DNA of 64,000 nucleotides from Veleropilina oligotropha (Eukaryota): NCBI GenBank assembly GCA_048128005.1, contig JBEUKZ010000014.1, positions 1 to 64,000 of the forward strand, read 5' to 3'. Shown piece by piece: positions 29,942 to 39,147 of this stretch (position 1 is its first letter; each line of letters starts with the position of its first letter). The notes under the pieces were generated by a model. It saw only the letters and a program-made list of their open reading frames with translations, ran no database searches and was not told where the DNA came from. The position numbers and the translations under genes were made by a program.

Positions 29942-30321
29942 ACATTATAATCAAGGGACAGTTAACTGGACTAAGATCCGAGATTTGGTCGACTTCACAC
30001 TATCCACACAGTGTTGTAGGTTTCATTTTAATTAACGTGGTCTACGTTGAGAGTTGTCGTGATTTAATATTCACATCATAAGTGACGAGACACAACATAT
30101 TAGGCCTGGCATGGACTATGAAGTTTTATCCATGTTAAGGCAACATTATAATCAAGGGACAGTTAACTAATTAATGATTCGGGATTTAGTTGGCTTTACA
30201 ATATCCACACAGTGTTGTAGGTTTCATTTTAATCAACGTAGTCTATGTTGAGAGTTGTCGTGATTTAATATCCACGACATAACGAATGAGACACAATCTC
30301 TAAAGTCTGGCATGGACTATG
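29942..30321. repeat. Diverged direct repeat, 201-bp period, 2 copies
   Basis: ACATTATAATCAAGGGACAGTTAACT...CTGGCATGGACTATG begins at 29942 and at 30143. Confidence 0.85.
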
Positions 30322-30473
30322 TAATAGTACTGTCAGGTTTTAGTATTATGAGCTCGGGCCTACATTGCACTCTTCCACAACGACCTCCTCAGCATGCTTT
30401 CGAGTATTTAGAATTCTGAGGAGGAAGGCCGCGTGGAAGAAAGGTGGGTCGTGAAGATGGTGGCGCCACCATA

Positions 30474-30897
30474 GGCCAAGAGAGGGTCGTGAAGACACCC
30501 CAGGCTACGGCTGAAATACAAGGGGGCTTCTAGAGGGCCAACCACCCTCGGGGCCAAGAGAGGGTCGTGGAGACACCCCAGGCTACGGCTGAAATACAAG
30601 GGGGCTTCAAGAGGGTGGCCGAGTGGGTGTGGGTGGCCCGGGGGTGGGGTGGCCCGTGGGTGGTTGGCCTGGGGGTGAGTTGCCCGGGGGTGGCGGGTGG
30701 GTGGCCCGGGGGTGGTTGGCCCGGGGGTTGGTGGCCGAGGGTGGTCCGGGGGTGGGTGGCCCGGGGGTGGTTGGCCCGGGGATGGTTGGCCCGGGGGTGA
30801 GTGGCCCGGGGGTGAGTGGCCCGGGGGTGGGTGGCCCGGGGGTGGTTGGCCCGGGGGTGGTTGGCCGAGAGAGGCCCCGGGGGTGGTTGGCCCTAGG
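30474..30897. repeat. 78-bp-period direct repeat (2 copies) followed by a G-rich ~15-bp minisatellite
   Basis: GGCCAAGAGAGGGTCGTG..GGGGGCTTC at 30474 and 30552, then many GGCCCGGGGGTG(GTT/AGT/GGT) units from about 30616 to 30897. Confidence 0.9.
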
Positions 30898-30947
30898 GAA
30901 GCCTGAAAAATATGTTTCAAGGCAGGGATTCCCCGAGATTGCCGCTG

Positions 30948-31364
30948 TTATATGAATATGTAGTTACCGCTTGCTAGTGTACAGTTGCAGGGCGAGATGT
31001 GCCCGATCTGATTCCACGAACCCCTGCAGCCCGTAGATAACATGGAGAAATAATGCCCACGTTTACCGTGACATAAGGACGGCTCAGCGCACTCAATACA
31101 CACAACGATATTAGGATCTGGGCCACAATCGTTCTCTCCATCGGTAATGAAATAGTGACATGACGGTGCCCGCACTGGAGGTGGGTCTCGTAGCAAGTTT
31201 CTTCGCAAGTGATCGAATCGGGGGTTATACAGGGGGTCGTTGCGGTACCTAGCCCACGTGTGTTCGAGAATTAATGCAGTGTCACGCGACGACGCCTGGG
31301 TCGTACCCCACGCGGCAAAGCACACCGCGGCAATACACAGTAGCATAGATTTCATGGATTTCAT
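30948..31364 (-). CDS. Putative secreted cysteine-rich protein (about 138 aa)
   Basis: ATG at 31364; signal-peptide-like MKSMKSMLLCIAAVCFAAWGTTQA; 8 Cys in the C-terminal ~70 aa. Confidence 0.6.
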   Translation of the reverse strand: MKSMKSMLLCIAAVCFAAWGTTQASSRDTALILEHTWARYRNDPLYNPRFDHLRRNLLRDPPPVRAPSCHYFITDGENDCGPDPNIVVCIECAEPSLCHGKRGHYFSMLSTGCRGSWNQIGHISPCNCTLASGNYIFI

Positions 31365-31447
31365 GGCTTGTCCAGATATCACTGTCCAGTTCAAGCTTCA
31401 ATATGGGGGAGGGGGGTCCCCACCCACCCCACGATCGACCTGGATGG

Positions 31448-32080
31448 TTAGTCGCCAGCCCCGATTTTTTTCAGCAGCTCTGCGCATCCCTCTTTCCGAC
31501 CACGCTCAATTAGTTCACTCTGGGTTTGTGAAACCGCGTTGTGCGCCTTTGCACTCTTGAGGCGAACCGTGGCTTTCAATGTCCGATACTTTTCCATCTC
31601 CCCTGTGACCAGTTGAAATTCATCATCAGACATCACCCCGTCCGCTAAGGCCTTTGAGACGTGGTCGGTTATGGTATTCAGTTTGCTGTCGGCCAGTACT
31701 CGTATTTCGTCGTGCTTCTTGGCCTTCACCCCGAGGCGTCGGCTGATGTATTTTCCACCCATGCTAGCGAGCCCACACCCCAACGCCGCTAATTCCAGCA
31801 CTAGGACGACCGGGGCGGCAACGATTGTGGAAAGTAGTCCAATTCCAGCACTACCCATACCAAGGGTCGCCACGACCAGGGCCGAGTCGATCCCGTCAAC
31901 GACATTAACGCCTCGGCGGTATTTTTTATACAGTGCAGCCCTTGTGTCTCTCTCTCGTTCTAGCTGTCCCTGGAGCTCATTCACTTTCTGTAGTCGGAAA
32001 GACTGTGCCTCCGGAACTTCCGAAAGCACATCGCCATCAAGTTGTGGGTACAGTGTTGGCGCTGAGGGTTTGTTGTCCAT
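31448..32080 (-). CDS. Element membrane protein, 210 aa (helix, hydrophobic hairpin, helix)
   Basis: ATG-initiated ORF; hydrophobic ALVVATLGMGSAGIGLLSTIVAAPVVLVLELAALGCGLA between charged helices; start overlaps the upstream stop (TAATG). Confidence 0.75.
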   Translation of the reverse strand: MDNKPSAPTLYPQLDGDVLSEVPEAQSFRLQKVNELQGQLERERDTRAALYKKYRRGVNVVDGIDSALVVATLGMGSAGIGLLSTIVAAPVVLVLELAALGCGLASMGGKYISRRLGVKAKKHDEIRVLADSKLNTITDHVSKALADGVMSDDEFQLVTGEMEKYRTLKATVRLKSAKAHNAVSQTQSELIERGRKEGCAELLKKIGAGD

Positions 32081-32430
32081 TACACGTGGCTGTATTGTTC
32101 AGCCTGTTGATTTCGAATGTCTACCGTAACGTTCAAATACAGGGTGCCTACCCACGGGGCCTTGACGGTGAAGGCGAGGGTCAACTTGTCCGAGTCCAGG
32201 CCCATTTTATTTATGGAACACACTTTGGGAGCCCCCCCGGCCGGCTGGACCGGCGTCAGGTGGATCATTAGGAGGACTGGATTCAACCCAAACCGACCTC
32301 CAGTGTTTGGAATCATGAACTCCCTCCTCGCCAGGCCCTTGTTGGGCGCTTCCCCACAACTAAGAACGAAGTGCCACTGGGTCGCTGAAGAGGGCTCATC
32401 TGCAAGCAGGGTCCCGTAGATGCTGCTCAT
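32080..32430 (-). CDS. Hypothetical element protein, 116 aa
   Basis: ATG overlaps the penton stop (ATGA) and its own stop overlaps the next start (TAATG). Confidence 0.6.
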   Translation of the reverse strand: MSSIYGTLLADEPSSATQWHFVLSCGEAPNKGLARREFMIPNTGGRFGLNPVLLMIHLTPVQPAGGAPKVCSINKMGLDSDKLTLAFTVKAPWVGTLYLNVTVDIRNQQAEQYSHV

Positions 32431-33164
32431 TGTATCGCAAGGACTGCGGTAATGGGCATGCCGTGATTGTCGATCGGGTTACCATCTGAGTCGGTGACAT
32501 ACACCTTCAATTCTGTGATTGACCCGGCCTGTAGTCGCCGGCCGGCGGGATATTTATGATAGTGGGCAGCCTCGCCGAACACCTGCGACGTTATGGGGAC
32601 CACCGCGAGAATATTGCTCGGGGCGCCGTCCTTCACGTTGTGTGTTGTGCTGAGCTGCTCCAGGTGAACGTGTAGGGTCGGCGCTATGGCAAACCCTACC
32701 GGCTTGTTCCCGTCATAAGTCCCGGGGCGTAGCCACTCGGATCTCTCCGGAGGGGGAGGTCGGCCCCCCGGTGTTCGAAGGGGTGGGTTCAGCTTCCCCG
32801 ATTTATCGAGAATGAACGAAGAAAGGTTTAAGCCGAGGAGCTTCCTGATGTCGTCGCTGATCGCGAGTCGGGTCCCCTCTGGGACCACGATTCGGGCGAG
32901 TCCTGTAGCATGGCTTACATCCAGCGGTATATTCTTTAGCGACCCCTTCAACGTCTTGGCGAGGTCATCGAAGCTGTAGAAACCTGGTGCCACCTCGACC
33001 GTGGTATCCGGGGTCTTAAAGAAGGCTCCGGCGTGCACGTTGTGCCAGCCGACCCAATAGTCGAGCGACTGCAAGCTGACGCATAGATTGCCGTCCCGGT
33101 TATCAATGGGCTGCAGAAGGGCAACCGCGGTTCCCTCTTGAACACTCGTTAATGTGTGAAACAT
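32427..33164 (-). CDS. Putative minor capsid (penton, single jelly-roll) protein
   Basis: ATG at 33164; beta-rich; PGFYSFDDL and C-terminal SNILAVVP..FG..ITELKVYVTDSDGNPIDNHG resemble Polinton penton proteins. Confidence 0.7.
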   Translation of the reverse strand: MFHTLTSVQEGTAVALLQPIDNRDGNLCVSLQSLDYWVGWHNVHAGAFFKTPDTTVEVAPGFYSFDDLAKTLKGSLKNIPLDVSHATGLARIVVPEGTRLAISDDIRKLLGLNLSSFILDKSGKLNPPLRTPGGRPPPPERSEWLRPGTYDGNKPVGFAIAPTLHVHLEQLSTTHNVKDGAPSNILAVVPITSQVFGEAAHYHKYPAGRRLQAGSITELKVYVTDSDGNPIDNHGMPITAVLAIQ

Positions 33165-33171
33165 AGTAGCT

Positions 33172-34441
33172 ATGGCTAAGAGCGCCTTTGTGTTCAATAG
33201 GAGTGCGGCCTATCCGACCGGTGTGGTGTACCCAGCGAAGATCCAAGATGAGCAGCTTACAAAACCGAGCGTCGTTGTCTCCTCGTCTGAATCTCCGGCA
33301 TTCGGGGCAGAGTACCCCGACGTCTTCCAAAAGTATCGCCTCCCTCACGTCGCGAGTGATCGGCTAATACGGGATTGGCACAGCACACCGATGCGGTTCT
33401 GGCAGAACAAGGTAAACTTCGCCATATGGTGTGCCACAACAGGTTCCGGGATCTCCTCAGAAGACCACTTGAATGCGACCGACCCCCTCTCCGCTGCCGT
33501 ATTCACCTTCCACGTCTACTTTCAGGTCAGAAGGATACTGACCGAAATTCAGGCGCCGCTGCCACAAGACAGGGCGTGGGATGCATTCGACACCCCGTAT
33601 GATCGAAGGGCATATGAGAAGATCTGCAGCGAGTTTGGAGTGTCCCCACATACCGACTGGCGTGTCAAGGGTCCCAACGGCGGACTAGGCACCGCTTACA
33701 GCTACTGGACGAACAATGGCTACCACTCCATCGGACGTGAGTATGACCCAAGCCGAATGTCCTTCACAAAAGGTACGACCAACTCGAATCTGCACGTGGA
33801 CTACATCGCGCAAGCGCCTGCTCTTTCAAACGGCTGGGCTTCCTTCATCCTGGACAAGTCTTCGGGATTTACCCGGGCCGGCGTGGAGAGGCTCAATGAC
33901 TCCATCAGGACCTACGTCTGGGCGATTCTTGGAGCGCAGGCTCAAACGCGTGCAGGCATTCTGGGTAGTGGGACGGCATTTGACGCACAGAAACAGTACC
34001 TGGCGAACGTGTTCAGACGCAATCGCATCGCCAGTGGACCTCCCATCAGCCATCAAACGGTACCAAGAGGTGCTCCAGTATGCGAGGTCCAAAGTGGACT
34101 TCGTCTTCGGCGTCGGCCTGTACATGGCGCCAAGTAACATGCTTCTACGGATCGGGCAGGTGGCTGGTTATAACAACGAGATCGTCGTCGCCACGGAAAA
34201 CCAGACACTCGGTCTTAATACTACGGTCAACGCGGCCAGTGTGCCGCTCAACGCCACTGGGGGTACTGGTGAAACAGGATTGGTCATCCCACAAGACGCA
34301 GTCTTACGGGCAGATGCTCCGAAGCATTCAAACGCATCGCCGGCAGCTGTTCCAGCCGGGGTTGCCTCACATGACTAGGAGAAAACCGCACTCATCGTGG
34401 GCGTTGTCGTCGTTGGCCTAGCGTTCATCTGGCTTACGTGA
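33172..34441 (+). pseudogene. Disrupted element gene (~420 aa) with C-terminal transmembrane anchor
   Basis: ORF 33172 shifts frame near 34012 into DAIASPVDLPSAIKRYQEVL. After an in-frame TAG (34376) the frame continues EKTALIVGVVVVGLAFIWLT to TGA at 34439-34441. Confidence 0.7.
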
Positions 34442-35720
34442 CCCACTGTCTAGCGGCAATAAGAAGCAAGCCCCCAACAGATATAATCACAGCCCACAGG
34501 TTCTCGGCCAGCCACGACGCAGTCTTGCCGACCAGGTTGATTAGCCAGGAGACCAGGCTGCCAATCATTCCTGGGAGTGCGGCTGCGGCCTTCCCTGCTA
34601 GTTTGCCCAGAATCCGTCCCAGAGCTTGCAGCTGCTTTTTGACCCACTCCTTAACACCACCACCACTGGGGGGAGGTGGTATTGGTGCGATGCTCGGCGC
34701 TCCGCCTGTCAGGGCTAGTACCAAAGTCGAGATAGCCAACCCAATCGCGGTCAGTATTGTTGCGATCGTAACTCCCTGCTCGCGGAACAGGGTCCGGACG
34801 CGCTCGGCAAGCGTGGTGTCTGTGTGGAGAATCCGACTTATCATCTCTCGGATCCGGCTAATTTGAGAGCGAAGGGCATCCCGGCTGGACGAGGCTGCCT
34901 CTAGGCGAGCTTCTCGTTCATCCTGTAAGTTGCGAAGCCGTTCCGCGATACGTCGACGAACGAACTCTTCTACACCTCCCTCGTCATCTGCCTGAGCGAG
35001 CTTTCTCTTCTCCAGAGCTATGTGTTCGTCCAGCGCCGTTAGCTTGGCTAGATTATTCGTTAGCTCGCCTCGGATTGTCTGCATCGCCTTGTCCAGGCCG
35101 CGAAGCTCACGAAGATTTAATGGGGGGTCCCCCATCGTGCCTAAGATCTCATCAACTTCAGCATCTGTGAACGTCGTCTCCATTGTGTGGATTGCTACTG
35201 ATGCCTCAGTAGCTGTCTGCCCCAAGTCCCGCAGTTCCACGTTGTCTACGTTCGCCGCCGCACCGCTCAACTCATTGTCGGCGGTCTGAAAAGCTGCGAC
35301 GGCTTTTGAGGACATCTTCTGCCCCCCTTTCCCCCGCTTCTCTGGCCGCGTCCATGCTGCGAACCCCAACCCATCTCTGATCGCTTTACCCCCACCACGC
35401 CGGTTAGCTAGTGTTGACAAAGCATTGGGCTTTTTGGTCCTAGAATTGATGAGATCGATGTGTGGATAGGCCTTCAGCCGCAATCCCTCCCCCTCTACAT
35501 ACTCGAACTGGGCATAATCACGATACGTGGGCGGGGTCTGCCCCTCCCGTGCCAGGGCTTCGTAGTAGCCATCCACCGCGTCCTTCACGAACTTTTGCCG
35601 CTGACTGCTGGTTCCTTCCTGTGGCGCAGCGGATCTATCCACATCAATATCGTCGATGATGGTATCATCGTTGTCGATGAAATCATCAAGCTCGAATGCG
35701 GGGTTCGGGAATTCCGCCAT
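34434..35720 (-). CDS. Coiled-coil protein with C-terminal hydrophobic and amphipathic helices (428 aa)
   Basis: Likely ATG at 35720 (MAEFPNP); long heptad region, then TIATILTAIGLAISTLVLALTGG, a Pro/Gly linker, an amphipathic helix and a hydrophobic C-terminus. Confidence 0.75.
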   Translation of the reverse strand: MAEFPNPAFELDDFIDNDDTIIDDIDVDRSAAPQEGTSSQRQKFVKDAVDGYYEALAREGQTPPTYRDYAQFEYVEGEGLRLKAYPHIDLINSRTKKPNALSTLANRRGGGKAIRDGLGFAAWTRPEKRGKGGQKMSSKAVAAFQTADNELSGAAANVDNVELRDLGQTATEASVAIHTMETTFTDAEVDEILGTMGDPPLNLRELRGLDKAMQTIRGELTNNLAKLTALDEHIALEKRKLAQADDEGGVEEFVRRRIAERLRNLQDEREARLEAASSSRDALRSQISRIREMISRILHTDTTLAERVRTLFREQGVTIATILTAIGLAISTLVLALTGGAPSIAPIPPPPSGGGVKEWVKKQLQALGRILGKLAGKAAAALPGMIGSLVSWLINLVGKTASWLAENLWAVIISVGGLLLIAARQWVT

Positions 35721-35763
35721 TTGAATACTACAGCTTGGATACGCATCTAATTCAGCCAACAAC

Positions 35764-37065
35764 ATGAGCATATACTGACGCACGCTTGATCCATACCGCA
35801 GACTTCGAGAGCCTCTTGGGGTGAAAGGGGTCCGCCAGTCGGTCACCATAACGAACAACCCCTCCACGATCGCCGCCAACCAGCAGCTGTTGGTTCGGTT
35901 CCCGAATCTCGGGACTCACGACGTTATCGTGCCAGGGACTGCCCACCTCGCATTCACCATTTCTCTGACCTCGGCTAACCCAAACAGGACTGTAGTTCAG
36001 AACATCGGACGCGCCGTGGTCAAGAAGACCACGATAAAGATCAGTGGCAACGAAATCTTATCAATTGACGACTCCGACGTGTACCACTGCTACTGTGACC
36101 TGTGGAAGACACCACAAGAACGCCAGAGTGCTCACTACCAGGGGATTGATACCAGCGACAGCCACAATACGACGAAGAACCGTGTCGGCGCAGCGGACGC
36201 CTTCAGACGTTCTGAGGACACAGCTATATCGGACTCTTACGGTCCGAGGTTCCGCATCCAGCTGGACTTCGTGTTGCTGGAGAGCCACATGCCGTTCTAC
36301 CAAAGTGCATTGGGGGACCGTCTGGAATATGAGCTCACCTTCAACGACCACTCAAGGACGATCAGGGACACCGATGACCCCAGCTCCAGCTACGTCATCG
36401 ACAATATCAGCCTGGAATACGACATGGTCACTAATCTTGAGCTTGCCAGATTGATACAAAACCAATACAGGGGCCGCCTCGTCATCCTCTACGACCGTGT
36501 CCTGCGGCATCGTAAGATCACAAAAGACAAGAGCGACACCCTGTGGAACCTGAACCTGAACGTTCCGGCGCATTCCATGAAGGGGATTCTAATGCTGTTT
36601 GAGGACCCTGCGAGAGACGCCGCACCATTCGCGAGGGACACCGAGGCCTTCTACAATCCGAAGATCACGAAGGTCGAGGTCACCATTGAGGGTGTGCCGA
36701 ATCAAATATACAGCCAGGGCATGCGTTCCTACCAGATGTGGGACGAAGCCAGGAAGCTGTTCGCCTCCAACCCGATCAGCAAGCGGCATCCCGAGGTCGC
36801 GCTGGTTGCCAAGGATTTGGCTCTGGCAGACGTTACCCTGGGCCAGTTTCTGACTAATAAATTCGCGCTGTGGATCGACCTGCGGGTAACCGACGACGAT
36901 CAGCTGCATGGGTCAGGCCGGAGGATAGAGAACGCCAGCGAGGGCATCACAATACAAATCACTAAGATAGGCGAGGCAGCCGGCCCATTGAACGTTTACC
37001 TGTACGTGATCATGGACGCGCAACTGCATATTCAGGATGGCCGATTTGTCAACGCGCTATACTAA
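35764..37065 (+). CDS. Putative double jelly-roll major capsid protein with a premature TGA at codon 5
   Basis: CAACATG at 35764 is in frame with the 414-aa ORF: MSIY*RTLDPYRRLREPLGVKG... About 430 aa, beta-rich, directly upstream of the packaging ATPase. Fold inferred from size, composition and context. Confidence 0.7.
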
Positions 37066-37672
37066 AAGACAGTTCCCGCACCCCAAGGACCCCCACTCCG
37101 CAATCATCTGCGGCCAGACTGGCTGTGGGAAGACGGTTTTCATGCTTGAACTTCTGGAGGGGGAGTACCTAGGAGTGTTCCGGCATATTGTGATCCTCTG
37201 CCCGACGATCAAGTACAACAAAGCATACCAGTCCTGTCCATGGATCTGGACTGACCCTGAGGTGTACTTGATCCCCCCCGGTGAGCGACTCCATGACTGG
37301 TTGCGGGGGTTCTACCGGCTGTTTCAGGGGGAGTCGACTCTGTACATAATCGACGACTGCGCCGCCAGCAAGGCCCTCGCCAAAAAACGGGACATGCTGA
37401 CTTTGTTGGCCTTCAGCGGCAGGCATGCCGAACAAAGCGTATGGGTGGTGACGCAAAAGTACAACGCAGTCTTGAAGGAGCTCAGAGAGCAGACCCGCTG
37501 GGTCGCGCTGTTCCATTGCAAGGACCGCGACAGTTTCGAGGACTGTCTGCGCGAGAACGATGTTATCCCGTCGCAGGATGAACGGACCGCGGTACGGGCT
37601 CTGTTGGCCGAGACCAGACACGCTAAGCTGTTGTTAAAGACCGATCAGCCAGTTGCTTATAGTGTGCTTTAG
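37037..37672 (+). CDS. A32-like (FtsK/HerA superfamily) genome-packaging ATPase
   Basis: Walker A GQTGCGKT, Walker B LYIIDD, SGRH arginine motif and VVTQKY. Confidence 0.9.
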   Translation: MADLSTRYTKRQFPHPKDPHSAIICGQTGCGKTVFMLELLEGEYLGVFRHIVILCPTIKYNKAYQSCPWIWTDPEVYLIPPGERLHDWLRGFYRLFQGESTLYIIDDCAASKALAKKRDMLTLLAFSGRHAEQSVWVVTQKYNAVLKELREQTRWVALFHCKDRDSFEDCLRENDVIPSQDERTAVRALLAETRHAKLLLKTDQPVAYSVL

Positions 37673-37714
37673 CAAGCTGTAGTCTACTAGGCATCTACTG
37701 AGCATCTACCCAGC

Positions 37715-38467
37715 ATGTCGGACGCGGTATACATATTCTGTGCTTGCAGCCAGGGCCTGATGTTGCTGTTGCAGGTAGCATTGTGGTCCTGGCTGTACGG
37801 CTATATTAGACCGGTGCGGAGATGTTTGAAACGCTTAAGGATGGACAGCCTCATCGATCAACTCATGGATGACGAACCAGAAACGACCATCAACAGCTGT
37901 CGCTCGACGACCGATGGCAAGGAACCTGTCAGTAACAGTGGAGTCGCAGGTTCCGAAGGCACGGCAAAAAAACGGGAGAGGCTTGCCGCGTTAGCCGTTG
38001 GAGGGGCCCACAGATACTTAGGGCAAAAGCTCACGGTGGACCGGATCGACGACGAGGTCGAAAAGCACCACGCGAGGTATGAAGCGAAACTCGGTGCCGA
38101 GGTGACGAAGACTCTGGGGACTTCCGCTATACAGCTTTATGCGGGTGCAGCTGGGATGCTCTTGCCCATTCCACCAGCAAACCAGCTACGACTGATCGCC
38201 GACCTGGAGGCCGACCCATTCATCTCACATGCCCTGACCACTGCAAGCTGTGAGCTGTATTATAAATATGGCATGTACCTCGCACCGCTGACCGCGGCGC
38301 TGACCACGGCTAAGCACTGCCGATTTGGACACGTCTGCCCGCCCAAAATATCGCGAGAGCGACGAGATCAAGATGACGACGCCGGAAACGGACCAGCCGA
38401 TAGAGACGATAGAGAGGGTGACCCAGCCGATAGAGAGGGTGACCTCTTCTTCGGGGAAGGACCCTAA
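37715..38467 (+). CDS. Hypothetical element protein (start may instead be 37841)
   Basis: 250-aa ATG ORF in the co-oriented gene block; helical core with ELYYKYGMYLAPLTAALTT. Confidence 0.65.
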   Translation: MSDAVYIFCACSQGLMLLLQVALWSWLYGYIRPVRRCLKRLRMDSLIDQLMDDEPETTINSCRSTTDGKEPVSNSGVAGSEGTAKKRERLAALAVGGAHRYLGQKLTVDRIDDEVEKHHARYEAKLGAEVTKTLGTSAIQLYAGAAGMLLPIPPANQLRLIADLEADPFISHALTTASCELYYKYGMYLAPLTAALTTAKHCRFGHVCPPKISRERRDQDDDAGNGPADRDDREGDPADREGDLFFGEGP

Positions 38468-38874
38468 GAAGGTGGCTGCAGGGAGGGCCGGAGCTGCTGC
38501 GAGGAAGGCCAAACAGGAGAGGCTACTTGCTGAGGTTCGAAAACTTAAGGAAGACACCCACACAGTTCCAGAACCGCATGAGGCACAGCCCCCCCCCACA
38601 ACAACAAAAACACAGTGGTAATACCCCTGCTGCTGCGATGACCGCGGTCGAAAAAGCAGTACAGTCAGATACGTGGAAATCGGACCCATTTAATTGGACC
38701 CAGGTAGCCGTTGCTGCCGGTACGGTTGCGTTGCTATTTGTTGTCTGGAAACGCAGCAACCCTGGTCCATCCACACCACATCGGCAGCCACCAGCACAGG
38801 CGAGGCAGCCATCTGTCCCCACCCCAACCACCACCGAATTGAAGAATGAGCACAACCCGTTCCATATGCGATAG
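38373..38874 (+). pseudogene. Probable single basic/membrane protein gene split by a frameshift in a C9 run
   Basis: MTTPE..KDPKKVAAGRAGAAARKAK stops at 38621. Another frame continues from the C9 tract (38589-38597) to the hydrophobic WTQVAVAAGTVALLFVVW and a stop at 38874. Confidence 0.5.
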
Positions 38875-38886
38875 TAGCAGTACAAC

Positions 38887-39126
38887 ATGACTACCCCAAT
38901 CACTGATGGAAAGATGCTCGGCAATGCCGTCTATCACTCAGCTATAGTGTCAGGCCTTGCCATAGGCTACGCACGCCTGGTCAAGATGGTATTCAAGGGG
39001 GCGAGCCCCAAGCTGGACTTCGCCGGCTACGACGTCGGGATGGTCGTTCTCGACGTAGCGCTCGCCATGGCGACGAAAGATATGCTGATCAAACAAGGCA
39101 TCATTCCGGCCGACATATTGAAGTAG
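38887..39126 (+). CDS. Small hydrophobic element protein, 79 aa
   Basis: CAACATG start; two hydrophobic segments. Confidence 0.7.
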   Translation: MTTPITDGKMLGNAVYHSAIVSGLAIGYARLVKMVFKGASPKLDFAGYDVGMVVLDVALAMATKDMLIKQGIIPADILK

Positions 39127-39147
39127 CGACGAAGTACCTGCATTACA

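Noticed and set aside
30408..30955. Pro-rich (PPPGH) and Gly-rich (GGWP) ORFs resembling collagen or structural proteins
   Set aside because: They are translations of the 15-bp G-rich minisatellite, open in several frames on both strands; nothing independently supports coding.
35721..35879. N-terminal 53 aa of the 481-aa ORF in the track
   Set aside because: The track start is not an ATG and overlaps the MCP start on the other strand; the ATG at 35720 fits better.
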